Source: Ophelia neglecta
Lineage: Eukaryota
DNA: 64,000 nucleotides
NCBI GenBank assembly: GCA_965285935.1
Contig: OZ260664.1
Coordinates: forward strand, 56,792,001 to 56,856,000
Direction of reading: 5' to 3'
Shown here: positions 23,530-37,404 of the stretch, piece after piece
Position numbering within the stretch: the first letter of the stretch is position 1
How the letters are laid out: every line of letters starts with the position of its first letter
Program-made: the position numbers and the translations under genes
The notes under the pieces: generated by a model
The model's input: the letters and a program-made list of their open reading frames with translations, nothing else
What the model was told of the DNA's origin: nothing
Databases searched by the model: none

Positions 23530-26500
23530 ATGAGTGGTGGTCACTGGGGTGAGCTGCCTGTGGTACCAGACACAGAGTCTGGAATAGCAGCTATAGAGAG
23601 GGAACAAATCACAAAGCCTCGTCCAATGGAAGTGGAGGGACCTCCACTACATCAGCCTTCTAGTAAACATTACCCATCCACAAACGAGTAAGTCTTAACT
23701 TTGATATGATATACATGTACATAAAAAATAAAATATCAGGACCCTAAACTTCTGTCCAACAGCCCACATTTAATTATAACAGCATGCTAATTTGTGCTTA
23801 CTGATGGTGCCAGAAATTGTTAATAGTGCATTTATATTTTGCAGCACTTTTTATATTTGGAATCCTAGTCATCGCAAAACTTGCACAAATAAGTACATAC
23901 ACAAATTTTCCTGTTATACAGTATGTACATATATTTTACCGTTATCGGTAATAGATATATGCGTGTCATCAATGTTGAGGTGTACAACATTAGTTCCTGC
24001 TTCATATTTTGTTATTTTATATAAGTGACTTAATTCATATTACCATAGACTGTTGATATCCATTCTATTGCAGACCATATCCAGCAGAACATTTTGTTAT
24101 AGATCCCATCACTCTACACACAGTCAAATTAATCCAATATTCAAGGAAGCTTAGATCCTTGATAAATAGTGTACAACAGCAATTTGAAAATCTGGTAGGT
24201 ATAGCTCGGGTTCATTAATATTATGCCTTTTTGATCACCTCTTCAGTTATAAATCACAAAAATATTTCTCTGTAATTAGCTATTAAGCACACACTGCACT
24301 GAAGACAGTATTGAGCAGAAAATAATTCTAGATGATTCCATAGACTGACAAATCATCTATAATTGTAAGTAACATATAGATCAGAATCACTAAGTTCTTG
24401 GTTTAATACAAAGTGGCAATGTAGTTCTTCATACCAAGTTTCTCCTGCATTTAAAAGATTCAACAATAAGTACAGACTATTATGACACTGTTCTCTATGG
24501 AAATCAGAAAATGAAACAGTCTTAAGAGCCTGATCAAGTTATACAGAGCATGGGCATGACTTTTATCAGTAGTTTCATTTTGTTGTAGAAAACAGAAGAG
24601 GGAGAAATTCCAAATTTTCCACCAGCCCCAGCAATGCCAGAATTTCATGGCAAACTGCCACAACATGTTCATAAGAAACATGTGCCCTTCTTAGCCAAAG
24701 ATCCTCAAAGGTACTCATGTGTCTCTTACTGTAGATGTGGAAATGATGCAAGGAGTTAAATTTGCTAATGTCTAATTCCTCAAGTTAATTCTCACAAAGT
24801 AATTTCCTGATCGGTTTACTATGTAAATCAAACAATTGCAAAGTCAGAAATGTTTGCAGGGGAATGTATTCCACATATTTCACCATTATTATGCACAATG
24901 GGAAATTAATTCCCACAAACATTCCGACTTAACAGAAGTCTGTGCTGAGATACTGGTGGACTGTGTATTTAAATTCCCACCGAAACACATGTATTTTTGT
25001 AGATTCCCAAAAAGAAATTCCAGCAAACATTTCCGACTTTAGAGTAATCGCAGAATTACGTTCCTGGAAAATGTGAGAAATTACCTAAAACTGTTCTTCC
25101 AACAGAAATTTCCACTTTTGCATTATTATACTCTTTACACGTTTTGCAGCAACCAGGTACTTAGATGTATGACATGTATTCAACTAACAAAATTGAATTA
25201 ATAATATTCAATATAAGTGAATTATCAAAAAACTCATTCCTGTCTGATTTTGTTCTTTTCCAGAAAATTTGTTAGAGGCATAGGAAAAGCACCACCTGAA
25301 ATAGACTCAAAAACAAATAGAAAACTTCTGAGAAGATCTGTTTCTGCACTTTGTGCCCATGCTGGGTTTGACAGTAAGAAAAAAAATTCACTAACTAGAT
25401 CTATTCCCATCATATGACTTTACAATAACCACAAAATGTAAACAAATAACCACAAAACAAAGAAGGTAAGATCCTAAATTATGGATATTTTCATTTGGCT
25501 GTATTAGGTAAACTTTCTGCCCAATAGTAGTCAAATAATTCTAAGCCCTTGCATTATACTTCATAAATATGGCTGAGACTTTTTACTGTAGATATGAAAC
25601 CAGAACCATCCCAAAATATCATAGTTTTTGACATTGAAATCTGTATTTTAGGTGCCTGAAATATTTGTATTTTGCTCTGATGCCATTTTCCATAAATATT
25701 TATGTTATTGGCCAGGATCGCTTTTTGGTCACAGCTTTTCTTTGGTTGTTTGTGTATAATTGAAAGGACCTACTGCCTAAAGCAAGAACTTGCAATATTA
25801 ATGATGTAAATTGCACACTGCTTTTCAACAACTCATGGTAAAGCTTGGAAAGTTTTGTAAGGCCATTTTCTTTATTGCTTCAATAAATTATTGGTGCACC
25901 ATCAAAAATATACAAAATTTGTTTTGCTCCCCCCCCCCCCCCCCCCTCTTCTTTGCTTATGGAGCCCTAATCAGAAAAAAAGCTAGATAATATAAGTAGA
26001 TCCTGCTGTTGTAACTCACTTTGGTTTTGAGCTCGCAGAATTAACATAAGAATGTCAGACCATTCAATTGTTGGATTGAGCCTAGATTTTTATAGATTGG
26101 GGGTGGAACGATGCAGGGCATATGCATCTAGAGTATACCTTCTTGTTTGCATTTATTCTTGGGTAAACTGGCAAGCATCAATATTCTGCCTACCTGTACC
26201 TTTTCTGAGGGGTCTCAATCGTTTGTAAATGCTATGTTCCAAAAAAGCACTCTGTTGCTGTTAGATGATGTATTGTCACTGCATTAACAGAAAAAAATGT
26301 GAAAGATAATGATATAAAATGATTAGGAAAATAACCATACTTCTGTCCCAAAATGTCCATTTCAAATTTCAGATTGTGCAGAATCAATCTTAGAAACATT
26401 GACGGACATATGCCAAGAGTACTTCCTACAAATGACACAGCTTTTGAGAAAGGCTGTAGACAGTGAAGCCATCCACGGGGATTCAGGATTTGCAGTAAGT

Positions 26501-29500
26501 ACTGAGTAATATTAACATATACATGTAGATACCTATATATTTTAGCAAAACATATTAATGTACAAAAATGAATGACAATAATCCATGAATATGTGTATGA
26601 GAATTAAGCCACAAGAATACCTTCATAATTGTATGTATTAGAATATTAAGCTCTCAGGTTGAAATTCTCATAAATATTTATTTTGTTATTCTTATTCAGG
26701 ATCCAATAGAGCGGGTGTTTCATGAGATGGGTATTGGCAGTCCTACTGTATTACATGAATACCATGAAAATCGCATACTAAACTATCATCAGAACATGCT
26801 TCTTACCTGTAAAAGGTTACGAGAGGAATATGAAAAAGTGAGAAGTCCAGAAAACCGGCCCATTGAAGATATAAAGCCTTCTATTAAGTGAGTTTGATTC
26901 CTTGTAAAAAATGGATGTGGCTCTAAGGAATTTAAGGTACTGCATCTGGTAAAGCTCACTTGTATATTGATTATGGTTTCTGTTGGATAAAATGTCTACT
27001 TCCTACAGTTGGAGAATCCCAAGTCTGCCAAAGGTATTAGTGTATTTATTTGTTGTTTCAATGAATTGTGTTTTTGTTTTAATATCTGTTTGTAAGTCAC
27101 AGTATTTGGAAGACTATTTATTGTATCCAATCCTAAATGTTTTGAACTCATGTTCAAAACTTCTGATATCGATTTCCTTATTATCATTTCAGTATAAACT
27201 GTTTTTTATCATTAGGGAGGAGCCGCTTTCTGATATCCAGTTTCCTACCCTGGATGACGGTGATGAGAATGGAGAAACAGACCATGTCCTGCATCTGGAA
27301 GGGCTGGGTCTAGAAATAAACATAGTCAACGGCTCCTCCTCCTCTCTCAACCCAGAGGAAGATTCTCAGAAATGGTCTCAACCATCAGTGAAACAAGAAC
27401 CCTGTGATACAAAGTGAGTACACAATGATCGCCTTCTAGGCTATTTATCTGATCATCAGTTAGCAGACAATATACTATTACTGCCAAGTTAGCACACTAA
27501 AGTTTCCATGTCCTACGCAGTGAACAACTTATTCTGGGTTCAGGAATCACAAAATGAAATGTTGCATAATCAATTAGCTTAACTTTAAGTTAACCATATT
27601 ATTTTAACCAATTTTGGATCTAAGAGAACTATGAAATGATAAATTTGCTTGTTAAACAAAACGTGACTGTTGCTTAAAAATTCAGACATAATTATGTTTG
27701 AATTTAAACTGTTGATAGGAATGACTTGTTCTACTCCCAGCTTTAAATAGTTTGTACTAGGATCCTGAAATGACAGGTCATTGTTGACACTGTCCAACAT
27801 GAATCCTGCATATAGTGTGCGAAATTAACGATTGATAGATAGAATCAGTCTGCAATGAAATTTAATGGTCTAAGGCTTTCGCATATCCATGAAACTTTTG
27901 TCTATAAATTTTTAGCACGATTTATGATTGATGTATCATATTTTCCAGCAAATAGCGTCTGCGTTGTTGACCATACTTCTATAGTAGTCTTCACAATGAA
28001 AAACATGTAGATCTACCTTTTTACTACTCTCATTTCCTTTAGCAACGAGGCAGGGAGCTAGTTGGCATATCTTGCTCTTGTTTTACGACAATGCTTTGCC
28101 TTTTTAAGGCTTCAAAGGAGCCTGGCACCTTACTTAAATAAGCATCCAGAACTATTCTCCATGTTTTATCAGCTTTTATCAAAGGAATGTAATACTTTTA
28201 TGAGGCCCAGTCACACAAGAGGAAATGCTCTGCCAAACAAGGTCAGATTATCTCCGAGATTATCCCTGAGATAAACAATTTAAAAAGAGATGTTAATGGT
28301 TGACAGGTCCAGGGCTGGCAGCCAGAAGTGTGCTTCACAGCTACGGCTGGCTGGCAATTCTCACTGTGTCAAAAAAAGAGCCATGATGACCGACTGCATT
28401 GATGACCTCTAGCACTGTCTAGTAAGACTTCTACACGATATGAGCACAATGAGCCATAACTGACCCATTCATTACTGGTATTTCATCATGTTTTATCCAA
28501 ATGGAAAAAATACTCCAGTTTACATGTATATTATGGACTGGGAGGGCCATTGTTTAAATCAGTTGGTTAAGAAACATAATGATAAGTTGCGGTGTATTTC
28601 CTTCTTTATTTAACAAGTAAAGAAACTTATCATAATATTAATTATGGGAGTAAAGCCATCTGTGTATTTTCTTTTTGATTTTTTTAGACCCAGGCCTATG
28701 ATGGCCAAAAAGTTAATGTCACATACTGTTCACATAATTATCACATTGTCAACAACAGCAAGCCCACTTCTCAGGCGTTTGTTGTGCTTTCATAATTTTT
28801 TGCCAAACTCTGTTTGATTATTACATTAGACCCACTGTCACCAGCACAGGAGCATTTGTCCAATGATATCCTCTTTCTGTGCTAGTAACAGACTTTATAC
28901 ACAAATTTGCATTGGTTTTGGATGGCAAGTAATGACATTCAACTTGTTGAAGTAGAAAGCTAGTACTTATCATGTACAAAAATGCTGATAGCAGCTTTCA
29001 GTCTATCTTGTTCATTATGTTTATCGAAAGTTTGTAGCCTTGCCTTAGCCTCTTTACACACATGTGTTTCTTCTAAAAATCGTGTTGCAACTGTATTTTT
29101 TCAACCACATGTGTTTCTTGATGTCAAAATGTATTTTTTAGAAACAAATTAAAACAGTTTAAATTATTTTTCTTCTAAAAACTTTTTGTTTCCCAGGCTT
29201 CTCCATCTACCGCCCACACTTCCCCCATTCCCCTTGATTATCCCCCCCAAAATAGCATTAAGCCATGTCAAGAAAAAGCTGTATGAAAAAGTCTTCAGCA
29301 AAAGGGCTGGGTGAGTTTCTCCGAAAGTTGGTGTGAGCATGGCCTGGTTTTCAAGTGTTGGGAAACCCAACACATTTTGTTTCAGCTTCTACTAGAGAGT
29401 AGTGACTAGGCTATAACCACTGTCCTACAAAACAAAGCTGTTTGCTCTGACATTCTTTCAGATTTTACTGCACTTCAAGCCCCGATCAGCATGACAGTTA

Positions 29501-30533
29501 TTGGTGAACCTGCACACTTGTGTGCTCCTTTTAAGAATTTATAGCAAATATACACTGGTTTCAAAAATCTCAGGTTAAAAAAAATCATTTGGGAAAATTA
29601 CATAAATGCAAACTCGTGTTTAATATTGTTCTGATAAAACAATAAGATATAGTTTCTCTTTATACCAGAAGACAATGAGACCACTGTATAAGGAAAAAAT
29701 GCTTTGTTATTTGTGAAGGATTATTCTATTTTGATTTTGCCAATTTCATTATCAATCAAGTTAAAGTAAACACTGTATAGGTACTAACAGAAAAAATCCT
29801 TAATTAACCAGTGCTATTATTGTTCTCATTGTTTATGTTGAATTTAATTAAACAAAATTTGTATAATTCGACTAGGGTTGCATAAAATATTTACATGTAT
29901 ATGCTAAGAAAGTGTGAACTTACATTCTCTTAATATTAACCGGATTTACACTTGAAATGAGAAGTCCAAACTGTACTGTATTATTATGTCTCCCATGAAT
30001 TCCTGATGTATTTTGTTGAGTGCTTGTTCCCTAAAAGTAAATGTGAACATATGGACACTTGCATTGACTTCCAAATGAAGTAGTTAAGGAATTGTGAAAA
30101 TTCTGAGCTGAGTCATACTCGGCGTTTATCTAATAAATTCCTCCCTATGTAGCTACAATAAGAAATATTCTGCAAAAAGACACTAGAACAATAAATGCAT
30201 ATTATTAGTTTATCACAAATTGTATTGGGTACAGATGGTTGATCACAATTTTTAGTAGGTAATTATCATACTATATTATATTTGTCATTTAATAGTTTTT
30301 AATGATTTGCATTAGTAATGTTTATTTGATTTTCTAGGGTGAGCACACTGGATTCTTATGATCATGATGATGCGCACAACATGAGTGACACCCTAGGGAG
30401 TGTTCCTAGCACACCAGTGCTGGGTAGCATACCACACACTCCTGGGGGGGATAGCATGGGAAATCCAGGCTCTGTCTCAGACATCATGTCACCACCATCC
30501 ATTGGATTAAGAAAACCACCCAAGAAAAAGTAA
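23530..30533 (+). CDS. SUPT7L: STAGA/SAGA complex subunit SPT7-like (STAF65-gamma), about 404 aa, 8 coding exons
   Basis: Exons 23530-23687, 24074-24194, 24589-24710, 25264-25373, 26373-26494, 26700-26887, 27216-27413, 30338-30533 (1215 nt, in frame). Motifs WGELP, EVEGPPLHQPS, TLHTVKLIQYSRKLR, histone-fold LCAHAGF...SILETLTDI, ERVFHEMGIGS, IKEEPLSDIQFP. Confidence 0.9.
27580..28900 (-). mobile_element. Possible highly decayed DNA-transposase (hAT-like) remnant in the last SUPT7L intron
   Basis: Broken minus-strand frames give ISLDKCSCAGDSGSNV (reminiscent of hAT DGAxNM) and FMLDSVNNDLSFQD. There are many stops and the similarity is weak. Confidence 0.25.
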
Positions 30534-31447
30534 GTTGAAATATGTTTATATTTTGTAACTGTTTCAAGAGAAGATAATTGCTCTTACTTGATAGGGCATG
30601 CTGTTTTAGAAGTGGCCTTTATACTGAAGGAACATAGAATGTTTGAATTTATGATAGTACAATGTTGGTTTTATGTTGTGGCAATGAATGTTTAAAAATT
30701 AGACAACTAAGAATAATATGCCACGGAGTCTTGTTCTTTTTGTGGTGGTAGTTTACTCTGAAGTAGGCCAAAAATGATCTACTGTTAATAAGTTTCTTAA
30801 AATGGGTTAGAAGTGGGAGAGAATAAATACATTTTTAATTTTAAAATATTTCTTTGTTCATCTTTAATATTAATCTTTGTAGATGGTCAATTAAATTTGA
30901 TTAATATTGTATTTTTCAGAAAAAAGAGATGATCATCATTTGTATGAACCTCCTGAAGATATTTTTATAAAACTACCGAATGTTCCGGGAAGATGAGGCA
31001 TACTTGATGTGAAACCAGTTACATGTTGCCAAATCCAATTTCCCTCCACAACCCATAAGAATGGTCATAGGCAGATCTAAGATGAAAACAATGTTAATAA
31101 GATTTTTGCAAAAATCATAGCAAAAATATGCAAACTTGTCAGGAATATTTGATATTTTTTCAAAAAACAATAATTGAATATAAGTATTTATTTGTCAGCT
31201 TTAATGAGTTGATATTCAAGTGGGGAACCCTTGATTGTAAGTCCTACTTGGAGTCCTACTTTGTTAATACATCAGCCATTCAAACAATTTTTTTCACTAG
31301 TTTGTTCCATTTTCAGCCCATTTCTATCTACTTAATTATATAAAATTGTCCAGGTGACAACATGCTACTGATTTTGTGCAGTTTTTCAATAGTGGACACA
31401 TCCTTCCCATTATAGAAACTGAATGAGTTAAGGTTGTCTATAACATA

Positions 31448-31629
31448 TCCAGAGGTCCCTGCTAAGAAGGGACCCTCTGATGAAGGAACTCCCTTCAACC
31501 ACAGGACATTTTTTAATTCCCATGTTCTATCTTTACTATTTAAATGTCCATCTAATGAAGGGACACCTGCAATAAACGGACCCTTTTGCTTGGAAGTAGA
31601 GATATCCCTACATTGCACGGACCACTGTA
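31448..31629. mobile_element. MITE, Tc1/mariner-pogo-like (TA-CAGTGGTCC termini); family copy 1
   Basis: Right end GGACCACTG-TA and degenerate left end TCCAGAGGTCC. It shares internal motifs (CAGGACA-TTTT, TTCCCATGT, CACCTGCAAT) with the copies at 48477 and about 51830. Confidence 0.55.
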
Positions 31630-33160
31630 CAGGTGTCTGTGTAGCATGTTTAAAGTGTGAACCAGTTGATATGCTCTTTCAGCCACGACATTCTTCCAGA
31701 ACACTTGTACATGTATACGTTTAGTATACAATTAGCTCATTTGGGGGTATTTTGCAATTGTTTGTACTAGGCTCAGTTGGAGAGTCCTGTGTTTATTAAC
31801 CTCTATTTATACTATGATAATTGCTAGATATCCATATATTACTAAATAATGTATTCATTTAGAGCCCTGTACAAATATATCTGCTGCTACTTCAGTTATT
31901 TATTATTCGTCTTTGTTTATTTATGAATTGTGAATAACTATATTAAAATAATTACTAAGCTTGATCATTTTTCTCCTGCCACAACATTTGGATGTAATTC
32001 TAATTAAATACTTAACAAGGTAAATTTAAAAGTTTGATCTTAAACACTCTATAAAATTGTCATGTTTTAAAGGGAATATTCAACACTGTGGAGTGATTAA
32101 GATTTGCCCATTTCTGATATTGAATATCCAAACTAAGCACTAAACATGCATAACAGTGATAGGGTTGTAGTCATGCCATTACCACATAACCGCCAAAGCG
32201 TGGCCGAGTGGTTAGGGTGTCCGCTGAAAATGACCTTGAACAGCAAAATATCACAAAAGGTCATATTGTTTTATTATTTAACATACTTAACAACTAGGCC
32301 AAATACAGATCCCAAGTACAATTCTGTAATGGGCACCATAGCCTACCATGAACGGTCTTATACATGACAAAAATCTGCCATGAATAATCATTTGCTATGG
32401 TTAAATCGAGTTTAACCATTCCCAGTAACAAATACCGCAATAGCAATTGCAATATGAAGGCTGCAAAAAACATTACATCAGGCAAACAAAAACTTGATCA
32501 GGAAAAGATCAACACTGCATCAACAAGAGATAAATGATCGGACTTATAGAACTTAGGGTGTCTCTGTGCATATTGCAAAAGGTGCTGGTCTTTTAGATAT
32601 AGAGTTTACGATATTCTCCTTTTACAAATATGCAGTCTCAGAAAAATCCTGTAGGGACTTTAAGAAAATGTATTTTATAATGAGTCTTAAACCTGAAACA
32701 GGGCAGAGGCTGATTATCAAATAATATACCATATATACTATGTGAAAAGTAAACTTTGACAGCTAATCCAATTAACATTATTTTTATTTATTGCATGTTA
32801 GTACAGGGCACAGGTCATAAAAAGATGGCCAAACACAATATTTAATAATACCACTGTAATTCCTGCTAAATAATTATACATTGAACTATTATATTCTATA
32901 TGATCAAGTTATGACAGGTGATGTCATTTTAAGTTTCATGGAGACTTTTAACATTCAACCATTATGTACGTAACCTTTTGAGAAGGCAGAGTGAATTCGA
33001 AACTAGTAAAGAATATAATGATTCTATTAGTGTCACCACCTCCTTTCTCAAAAACAGACTAATACTCCTAAACTTAACAGCATAATTTGGTAAATAAACA
33101 TATAATAAACACCAATAACATTAACGAGTTATTACAATATATCCCATTCTCATCTCATAA

Positions 33161-33292
33161 TATGCCAATAAATGGCTGAAAAGTTAAACCGTGAATTTGA
33201 AAGCTATGCCATTAAATGGCTGAAAAGTTAAACTGTCAATTTGAAAGCTATGCCATTAAATGGCTGAAAAGTTAAACTGTCAATTTGAAAGC
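33161..33292. repeat. 44-bp tandem repeat x3 (downstream of the SQSTM1 stop codon)
   Basis: Unit TATGCCATTAAATGGCTGAAAAGTTAAACTGTCAATTTGAAAGC starts at 33161, 33205 and 33249. Confidence 0.95.
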
Positions 33293-34281
33293 TGTTTCTC
33301 ACAATTTGAGAGTAAAAGGTAGAACTGTTTGGTTCATAGTTATCAGAGCTAAGTACTTCAACTCTTTTTTCACCACTGCTGCCAACCAGTGGTTACAGTT
33401 TATTTTCTTCATTATTTCATTTAATACTCATTAATTACCTTTATCCCTTTAACTGACACATCTCTTAGCTTCTGTTAACCAAAAGAATCTGGGAAGTTGA
33501 TTGGAATGACAGGTGCCTATGATATCCCTTTTTATATACTGGGAAATCTGGTTGATAAGTGCACTTTTTAAACTATCTTGATCTTAACCAAATGCATACC
33601 ATAATACCTGGTCTAATCATTGTATGAATTTCAAACACATTTATTGTGTATTGATTCTTACATTGTAAGATTAATCATAAATGAATGTAACATAGGTATT
33701 ATTCTATTATGGACATATTAAACTTCCCACATTCAACATCATTTTGGAAAATGTTTAAAATAAAAGGTTTAAAAGTTTACAGTTTGCAGTACCAAAAGGA
33801 GATATTGGAACCCTAGGCTTTTGCCAACATTATACCCATCAGACAGGGTAGGTTCAAAAGACAAGACCTGCTTTAGCCAAGCTTCCCCACATGGTATTAT
33901 TGTTGACAACTGTCTACGTCTATACCTCCTGATCTCTTTTGACTTTGGATATATTACTAGTATTGCTGCACACTATATACGAGTGAACAATGATAGCATA
34001 TATATATAATGTCATATTACTATCACTGTACGTAGTGTAAAGGAAGCTCTATAGCCTTCATCCGTAGTGTTTGATAAAATTGCAAATTATTGCCTGGCTG
34101 CTCTGAAATTCTACTCATGAGCAGACTCTTGAGTTAATTACTGTACTTCTCATTATTTGTGAATAATTTGTAAATAGTCAATAAATACATAAATACATAT
34201 ATATGTCCAAATCATGTACTACGATATAACACCAAGCTATAATGCTCCTTTTATTCTGAGCCTGTAATAAACACATTCACT

Positions 34282-36854
34282 TCACTTCTTGTGACCAGCC
34301 TGAATAACATCCAATGCACTACTGATGTTTCCATCTTCAGCTTGGATGAGCCTGGTCAGCCAACCTCCATCATCATCAAATCCCATGGCCTTCATGTGTT
34401 CAATGGCTTCATTGATACGCTGTTCTGTTAATAGAAAGGAAAAAAAAATAATACATCTAGGCCTACATAGAACCATCAGGAGAAACCAAAAAGAAGATTT
34501 TTTTTAATGGCAACTATATGCACTTTGGCACAAGTAATAATTTCAATCTATCTTTATCCCAATATCAAAAGAATTTGTAAATAATGTGAGATAGAAAATA
34601 ATTTAGAAACAAAAATACTACTTACCCATGGAGTCCTCCGGGGTCTTTGGGTAAGCTGAAGGTGAATCTGTTTGAGGTTTGCTTGCCTCTGAGCTTTTGA
34701 CAGATGCTTCATCACTTCCAATAATGATCCACTCCTTGTCAGGGCTATCATTGCTTCCCTGCTGGTCATTTCCCTGCAAATAAAGTTCCCTTCTATTGAA
34801 AAAACATTCCACTTTTTCTTGTAACATTAAATAAATTCAAAGCTTCATTTATCTACAATAAAAATTATATAGAAGCCAATCGTTACCTTTCTTTGGCTTT
34901 CATATTCAGAAGCTCCCTTTTCAATACTTTCTTCATTGAAAGTCTGCTTCTTATTTGGGGCTGGCACAGCAGTGTGCTCCGATACTTCCATCTCCACATC
35001 ATGGTTAGTAGAAGGTTCTGACTCATTAGTTGAAAATCCTCCTTGTGCTGCAGCCAATGTTGTTGATGGTTCATGTGACCCCCACCAGCGTGCATGGCCA
35101 GCATGGGCTCCTCCCCAAGGATGGTGACCACGGCCCCAAGGGCCTGAAGACCCCATGGATCCCCACCAACCATGTACACTTCCTCCCCTCAATCCACTCC
35201 GTCCACGATGACCTCTGTGTTCAACATCCACCTCTACATCTATGCCAAAGGGATCTAGCATGGCAGCAACAGACTCACCAACATTTTTCAGATAATCTTC
35301 ATAAGGGCTTACCTCTTCTTCATCACTGGATGATCCACTGGAGGAATCCTTCTTTTTACCATATTTTCCTTTCTTTCCTTTGTCCTTCTCGAAATGTTTA
35401 CCCATCTTTCCTTTCTTGCCTTTACACTTATTTGGGTTTCCATTTGTCTCTCTCCAGTAGCGTCTCCAGCAGTGTTTCATATACTTTCTCATGTGTGGAG
35501 GATATGCTCCTGGGGGCCAAAAGGGCAATTCACCCTCAGGGCCCTCTTCACTATGGGGCTGAGGAGGTGGTGGATATCCATCATGAGGGGCTGGAGGTGG
35601 TGGGGGACCTCCTTCATACTGGGGAGGAGGAGGTCCACCATATGATGGTGGCGGTGGAGGAGGAAATGTTCCTGGAAAAGGAGGTGCTACATGGAAGAAT
35701 CTCGGCATACTGGCCAAAAAGGGGTAGATCTGGGGCCATGTGATCTTCGTCATGTTGTGTCCACTGTGAAGACCTTTTCCCTTGCAGTCTTCACACAGAT
35801 CAAAGTCTGGGCAGACAATACACTTGAATCGGAACCCCTTGACAGGTGCGTCACAGCCATCGCAGACCACACCTGGGTGGATCACATTATGAGACTGATC
35901 ATTTTTGGGTTCTGTTGGTTTGGGTTCACTCTCTAAAATAAAGAAACAGAGGCTGTTTACTTGTTTATACATTACTGGTATATGCGATCATGCAAAAGCG
36001 ATCCCTACGATAGAAACTGGATACAAGAGAAATGGAAAACACAATTTAATGAGGCTCTGTTAGTAAAAGAAATATTATTACCTCATCAAGTACCAGTAAC
36101 ATATTTGCAAACCTTACCTTTGATGTATACCCTTAATATTGCATCATTCACATGGCCAAGTGCTTCAATCAATTCATCATCACTTGAGAAAGCAATGTAG
36201 TCATTGTCCTGATCTGAAATAAAACACAAGTGTGGTATTTATCCTACCAGTACACTGGTCTGATATCACATGACTACAATTTGCACATTATATATTATAC
36301 AAATATTGGCTTGAAGAGGAAGCAATGAGCAATGTGCTAAATTCGCAATATGCAATGTAATACATGTATATGCAAATAACTTGCTTCTGGCTAGGGTATT
36401 ACTTATTGCTTGTGCAAAGCAAGCCAATATTCAAAAGTTGGGAATAATGTCATGATTGACGTTTGGGTTTTTGCCTCAAATTTTCACAAATTTGAGTTGT
36501 TATTTCTTGGTGTGGTAAAAATATGACTGGTAAAAGGCAAATTTTACCCAATACCTCTTCTGGACTGGGACAAGTAAATTTTAAAATTATAGATTTTTTC
36601 CTTGTTTCTCTTTTTGATGCCCAATATTAGCAAGTGTAAATTATGAGAAGTAGTTTATCCTATTAAAGCCTACAGTGTCACTGACCTTTCCAGAACAAAC
36701 TAAAATCCTTAGCCAGGTGAGGAAACACCAGTGCTATCTTTCTGTACAGATATTCATATTTAGGAGTAGCGCTTTCCTCCCCAGCAAACCGGCGGATTTC
36801 TGTATTATCTCGCTTTTCTAAATAACCAAGGTACGCCTTTACAGTTAATGACAT
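34282..36854 (-). CDS. SQSTM1: Sequestosome-1/p62 selective autophagy receptor, about 533 aa, 5 exons
   Basis: Exons (minus) 36854-36686, 36213-36118, 35932-34887, 34773-34626, 34424-34282 (1602 nt, in frame). PB1 (MSLTVKAYL...EIRRF; OPCA DQDNDYIAFSSDDEL), ZZ finger (HPGVVCDGC...CIVCPDFDLCEDC), YLKNVGESVAAMLDPFGIDVEVDVEH, LIR-like EWIII, UBA (MKAMGFDDDGGWLTRLI). Confidence 0.96.
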
Positions 36855-37404
36855 TTTGCTACACTCGTTATCTGTCAAAATGGGCTAAGTTCGTAAATTC
36901 AACTTAACTGAACAGGTGCCCGTGTGACTCTCTAATTGACAACCATCGCTCTTGTTTATTGCAGTAGTCACGGCGCATGTTTACAAACATTAGGTGATGT
37001 CACAATTCCCGTTCCTGTGCGGCGCAATGTAATTCTGCGCGTGCCGGTGACATCAGCTAGGTGTAAAAGAAATTGTTTCCAATTGTTCATTCGTAATAAA
37101 AAGGCTATTTCAGCTTGTATCATTTTTCAATTGGCAGAAAATAAATTGCTTGTAACGTAACGTTTACTGACAACATTTTTCTTGTATTAATTTGGAACGA
37201 AGGGTAATAAAACAGGAAGTTTCATGATGAGCGATTCATGAAGAAACGGGGGCACTCCCCCTTCTGCACCGGGCATTGCTCGTACGTTCGCATTTGCATA
37301 CCCATGGTGGCACGTGACTTACATCACCCGATGTTGTTGTGAAGTCTGATTGGTGGAATTCCCGTGGTGTCACCTCGTGGGCTAGACCAGAACAAACCTT
37401 GAAG
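36855..37404. promoter_or_regulatory. Compact bidirectional promoter/5'UTR interval between SQSTM1 and SREBP
   Basis: 550 bp between divergent ATGs, CpG-rich. Motifs: TGTTTAC (FoxO-type) 36978-36984; TGATGTCA 36995-37002 and TGACATCA 37048-37055 (CRE/ATF-like); CAGGAAGT (ETS) 37213-37220; ATTTGCAT 37292-37299; GGCACGTGAC (E-box/CLEAR-like) 37309-37318; ATCACCCGAT (SRE-like) 37323-37332; inverted CCAAT 37349-37353. Confidence 0.75.

Noticed and set aside
28383-28463. C/D snoRNA-like layout (ATGATGA ... CTGA) with AATGAGCCAT complementary to a conserved 5' 18S rRNA segment
   Set aside because: There is no terminal stem, the 10-nt match is offset from the D box, and it lies in an apparent transposon remnant. 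It is probably chance, and snoscan plus small-RNA data would be needed.
32197-32228. tRNA-like start GCGTGGCCGAGTGGTTAGGGTG
   Set aside because: Only an A-box/D-arm fragment is present, with no T-arm or acceptor stem. At most it is a SINE relic, not a tRNA gene.
35030-35936. Plus-strand ORFs up to 237 aa
   Set aside because: They are antisense to the low-complexity SQSTM1 exon 3.
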